NCBI RefSeq assembly: GCF_018336915.1
Contig: NZ_CP064926.1
Span: 210,001-242,000, forward strand
Length of the DNA: 32,000 nucleotides
Reading direction: 5' to 3'
Source: Acaryochloris marina S15
GTDB lineage: Bacteria; Cyanobacteriota; Cyanobacteriia; Thermosynechococcales; Thermosynechococcaceae
The translations under genes and the position numbers were made by a program. Under the pieces are notes generated by a model that had not been told where the DNA came from, searched no databases, and was given only the letters and a program-made list of their open reading frames with translations. The stretch's first letter is position 1. The number at the start of each line of letters is the position of its first letter. This document shows, piece after piece, positions 28,751 to 32,000 of the stretch.

Positions 28751-31131
28751 ATGTTGAAACCATTTCGGACCGCTGCTATTCTCGGTGCAGGTGTGATGGG
28801 CACTCAAATTGCGGCCCACCTCGCTAATGCAGGCTTGGTGGTTTATCTCTTAGATCTGCCTGCACCTGGAGTCCATAAAAACGCGATTGTTGAAGCTGCT
28901 TTCCAGAGAGGGCTCCAGCAAAAGCCTCCGATTTTCTTTACTGAAAAAACAGCCCGCCGCATTATTCTGGGTAATTTTGACGATGACTGGCATCGCTTAA
29001 CCCATGTGGATTGGGTGATTGAGGCTGTAGTCGAGAAGCTAGAGGTTAAGCAACAGCTGATGGCTCGTTTAGAGGGTCACATTCGCGATGATGCAGTGGT
29101 GTCAACGAATACGAGTGGGTTGTCTATTCAAGCGATCACTGCAGATTGCTCTGATGCTTTCCGGCAGCGATTTCTGGGAACACACTTCTTCAATCCCCGC
29201 GCTACCTGAAGCTGTTGGAACTGATTCCTACTGCTGAAACGGATCCACAAATTGTGGATCAACTAAAGTGGTTTGGACATCTCTATCTAGGTAAAGGGGT
29301 GGTAGTCGCGAAGGACACCCCCAACTTTATCGGCAATCGAATTGGCGTTTTTATCAGTATGCTCGGTATCCAAGCCTTTACAGAACAGGGATACACCATT
29401 GAAGAGATTGATACTCTCACGGGGACGTTGACGGGGCGTCCCAAATCTGCAACTTTCCGCACGGCAGATATTGTGGGTCTCGATACGTTACTGTATGTGG
29501 CTGAAAATCTATATCCTGCCATCCCTGACGATGAAAGTCGTGATGTTTTTCAGGTGCCAAGGATTCTGAGACGCTTAGTAGAGGCAGGACAACTAGGGGC
29601 CAAAATGGGTCGGGGCTTTTATCAAAAGTGGGTAAAAATATTCTCTCCGTCAACCCGCAGACACTAGCATACGAAAAGGCTCAGTCCATGCATCTAGGGA
29701 ACTGGAAAGCCATTGCTAAAATTAAATCTCTTCCTGAACGTTTGCGAAAACTCTATCAAGATGACGGTCGAGCGGGAACATTGTTTCGGCAAACGATACT
29801 GAGAATCTTAAGTTACAGTGCCCATCGGATTCCTGAAATTGCCGATAGCCCCCTCAACATTGATCAAGCCATGCGTTGGGGATTTGGCTGGCAGCTCGGC
29901 CCTTTTGAAATTTGGCAGGAACTTGGCTTTGCTAGAGTCCTGAAAGATATGCAAGAGTCTGGGATGACGGTGCCCAGCTGGATTGAGTCCATGCAGCTTG
30001 CAGGCATTGACCGCTTCTATCAAAGGGCTAGCGAACATAGAGCAGCGTTTGTCTACCAACCCTACATGGCTACCATCCAACAGAAACACCACGGGATGAA
30101 CTGACTGTTGCTCAGATTAAGACTGATCCGAGGCACACGCTGTGGTCAAGTGCTGAAGCCGCGCTGATTGATATGGGGATCGCGTTGCCCTATTTGAGTT
30201 TCGTTCGAAGGGGAATACCCTTGGACAGGTTGTGGTGGATGGTTTCTCAGAAGCATTGGACATCGTCGAAGTTGGGGACTATCGCGGTCTAGTCATTGGA
30301 AATGATGGGGAGCATTTTTCTGCCGGGGCTAACCTGGCAGACATGATCAAGTTCTCACACCAAGACAAGGTCAATGTCTTCACAGATTGTGAGCATGGTG
30401 CAATTGCCCATCTCCTCGATCAGTTTCAGGCTCTGATGCTGCGAATTCACTACTTCCCCAAGCCAATTGTGGCAGCTATTCGGGGGCGAATCTTAGGGGG
30501 TGGCTGCGAATTGGTGATGGCCTCTCCCCACGTGGTGGCAGCGGCTGAAACCTACATTGGTTTGGTGGAACTGAGTGTGGGGCTCATTCCTGGTGCAGGC
30601 GGCATTATGACCATGGCTAACTGGGCTGCTGAGCATGCTGCCAGTGATTCCCCCAGCGATATTCAGCCGTTTTTAAAACAGGCTTTTGAGCATATAGGGA
30701 TGGCGAAGGTAGCTGGCAGCGCCTATGAAGCTCAAGAGTGGGGATATTTACCGCCTACTGCCCAGATTGTCATGAATAGCAATCGTCGTCTCTTCGTAGC
30801 CAAGGAAGAAGTGCTTCGCCTAGCTGGTGAGGGCTATGTTCCGCCACCCAAACGCAATGCGATCAAGGTGTTGGGCCAACCGGCCCGTGCCATGTTTGAA
30901 GCAGCGGCCTATCTGATGGAACAGGGAGGCTATATCTCTGAATATGATCGCTTTCTTGCAAACCGATTGGCCTTTGTCATCACAGGGGGGGATCTGTCAG
31001 CACCAACGTTAGTCTCCGATGATTACCTACTGGGACTAGAACGCGACATGTTTTTACCCCTGTTTACAAAGCAAAAAACTCAGGAACGGATTATGCATAC
31101 GTTGAGAACTAAAAAGCCTCTACGAAATTAG
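28751..31131 (+). pseudogene. fadN: FadN-type bifunctional 3-hydroxyacyl-CoA dehydrogenase / enoyl-CoA hydratase, disrupted
   Basis: An N-terminal Rossmann fold (AILGAGVMGTQIAAHLANAG, HFFNP) is followed by 3HCDH C-domains and a C-terminal crotonase fold (FSAGANL, GGGCELVMA). Homology continues across four frame changes near 29195, 29625, 30090 and 30176. Confidence 0.85.
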
Positions 31132-31172
31132 TAGGCTCCACCTTAACCCTCACAAAAGACGAGGTCAATGAC

Positions 31173-32000
31173 ATGAATAACGCATATATCGTCAGTAGCG
31201 TTCGCACTGCTGTTGGAAAATCCCCCCGAGGTACTTTGCGGAATAGTCGACCCGATGATTTGGGTGCCGCTGCTGTTAAGGGCGCACTCGATAATGTTCC
31301 CAAACTTGAGTTCGATCAAGTCGAGGATCTGATATTCGGTTGTTCCTTCCCTGAAGCCGAGCAGGGGTTCAACTTGGGGCGCGTGATTGCCCTGCGGGCG
31401 GGTCTTCCTCACTCCACTGCTGGTTGTACAGTGAACCGTTTTTGTTCATCGGGTTTACAAACCATTGCCATGGCAACCCAAGCAATCATGACAGGTCAGG
31501 CAGAGGTGATCGTGGCTGGGGGGGCCGAATCTATGAGTCTGATTCCGATGGGGGGACATTACCTAACGCCTAATCCAGTCTTACTGTCTGAAGTTCCTGA
31601 AGCTTATCTTTCGATGGGACTAACAGCAGAAAATGTGGCAGAAGAATTCCAAATTTCTAGGCATGATCAGGATGTTTTTGCGTTGCAATCGCATCTCAAA
31701 GCCCTGGCTGCCCTTGAGAAGGGACGGTTTAAAGACGAGGTTATTCCCTTTATGGTCAAGGAAACCACTTTAGTAGAGGGACAATCTCAAACCACTCAAA
31801 CCAGGTTCGACGTAGATGAAGGCCCTCGTGCTGACACCAGCCTTGAAGCCTTAGCTCAGCTCAAACCTGTCTTTAAGGTCGAGGGTACCGTTACGGCAGG
31901 CACGTCTTCCCAAATGTCGGATGGGGCAGCAGCAACGGTTGTGATGAGTGAGCGTAAGCTCAGAGAGCTTGCCCTTGCACCACTAGGCCGAATGCTGGGC
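31173..32000 (+). CDS. fadA: 3-ketoacyl-CoA thiolase (degradative type), partial, continues past window end
   Basis: Manual translation gives MNNAYIVSSVRTAVGKSPRGTLRNSRPDDLGA... with the active-site block CTVNRFCSSGLQTIA. The frame is open for 276 codons to the window end. GAGG lies 8 nt upstream of the ATG. Confidence 0.9.
   Translation, partial: MNNAYIVSSVRTAVGKSPRGTLRNSRPDDLGAAAVKGALDNVPKLEFDQVEDLIFGCSFPEAEQGFNLGRVIALRAGLPHSTAGCTVNRFCSSGLQTIAMATQAIMTGQAEVIVAGGAESMSLIPMGGHYLTPNPVLLSEVPEAYLSMGLTAENVAEEFQISRHDQDVFALQSHLKALAALEKGRFKDEVIPFMVKETTLVEGQSQTTQTRFDVDEGPRADTSLEALAQLKPVFKVEGTVTAGTSSQMSDGAAATVVMSERKLRELALAPLGRMLG

Overview
The window looks cyanobacterial. The HIP1 palindrome GCGATCGC occurs 8 times, against about 0.5 expected by chance. 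No rRNA, tRNA or CRISPR array was seen.

Bases 1-20117 are an unbroken run of minus-strand genes:
- An N-type (Na+/H+ pumping, F-like) ATPase operon with the diagnostic order atpD-atpC-atpQ-[X]-atpR-atpB-atpE-atpF-atpA. There is no delta gene, and atpA runs off the window start.
- X is a CPA2-type cation/proton antiporter. It overlaps atpQ by 8 nt and atpR by 4 nt, so it sits inside the operon by overlapping codons. This is the most interesting observation in the window.
- ppsA.
- Two tandem hybrid histidine kinases.
- An orphan hypE.
- Two unrecognisable proteins of about 145 aa each.
- A MacB/DevCA-like tripartite exporter (ATPase, double-FtsX permease, HlyD adaptor).

Bases 20.2-25.4 kb are an insertion-sequence hotspot:
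- An IS4-family element with a perfect 12-bp target duplication splits the start of an already truncated Zn-alcohol-dehydrogenase remnant.
- An Hsp20 gene follows.
- One IS630-family element has its transposase split at an A6 run.
- A second IS630-family element has landed on a TA inside an alpha/beta-hydrolase (lysophospholipase-like) gene. Removing the element restores that reading frame exactly.

The last 6 kb holds:
- A small ribbon-helix-helix gene that is not on the ORF track.
- A divergently oriented fatty-acid beta-oxidation-like cluster: acyl-CoA ligase, FadN-type dehydrogenase/hydratase, and FadA thiolase.
- The ligase and FadN are broken by seven same-direction single-base frame shifts. 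The ligase also carries a 96-bp in-frame insertion in its AMP-binding loop. The thiolase is intact as far as the window goes.

All calls come from reading motifs by eye. No database search was possible.
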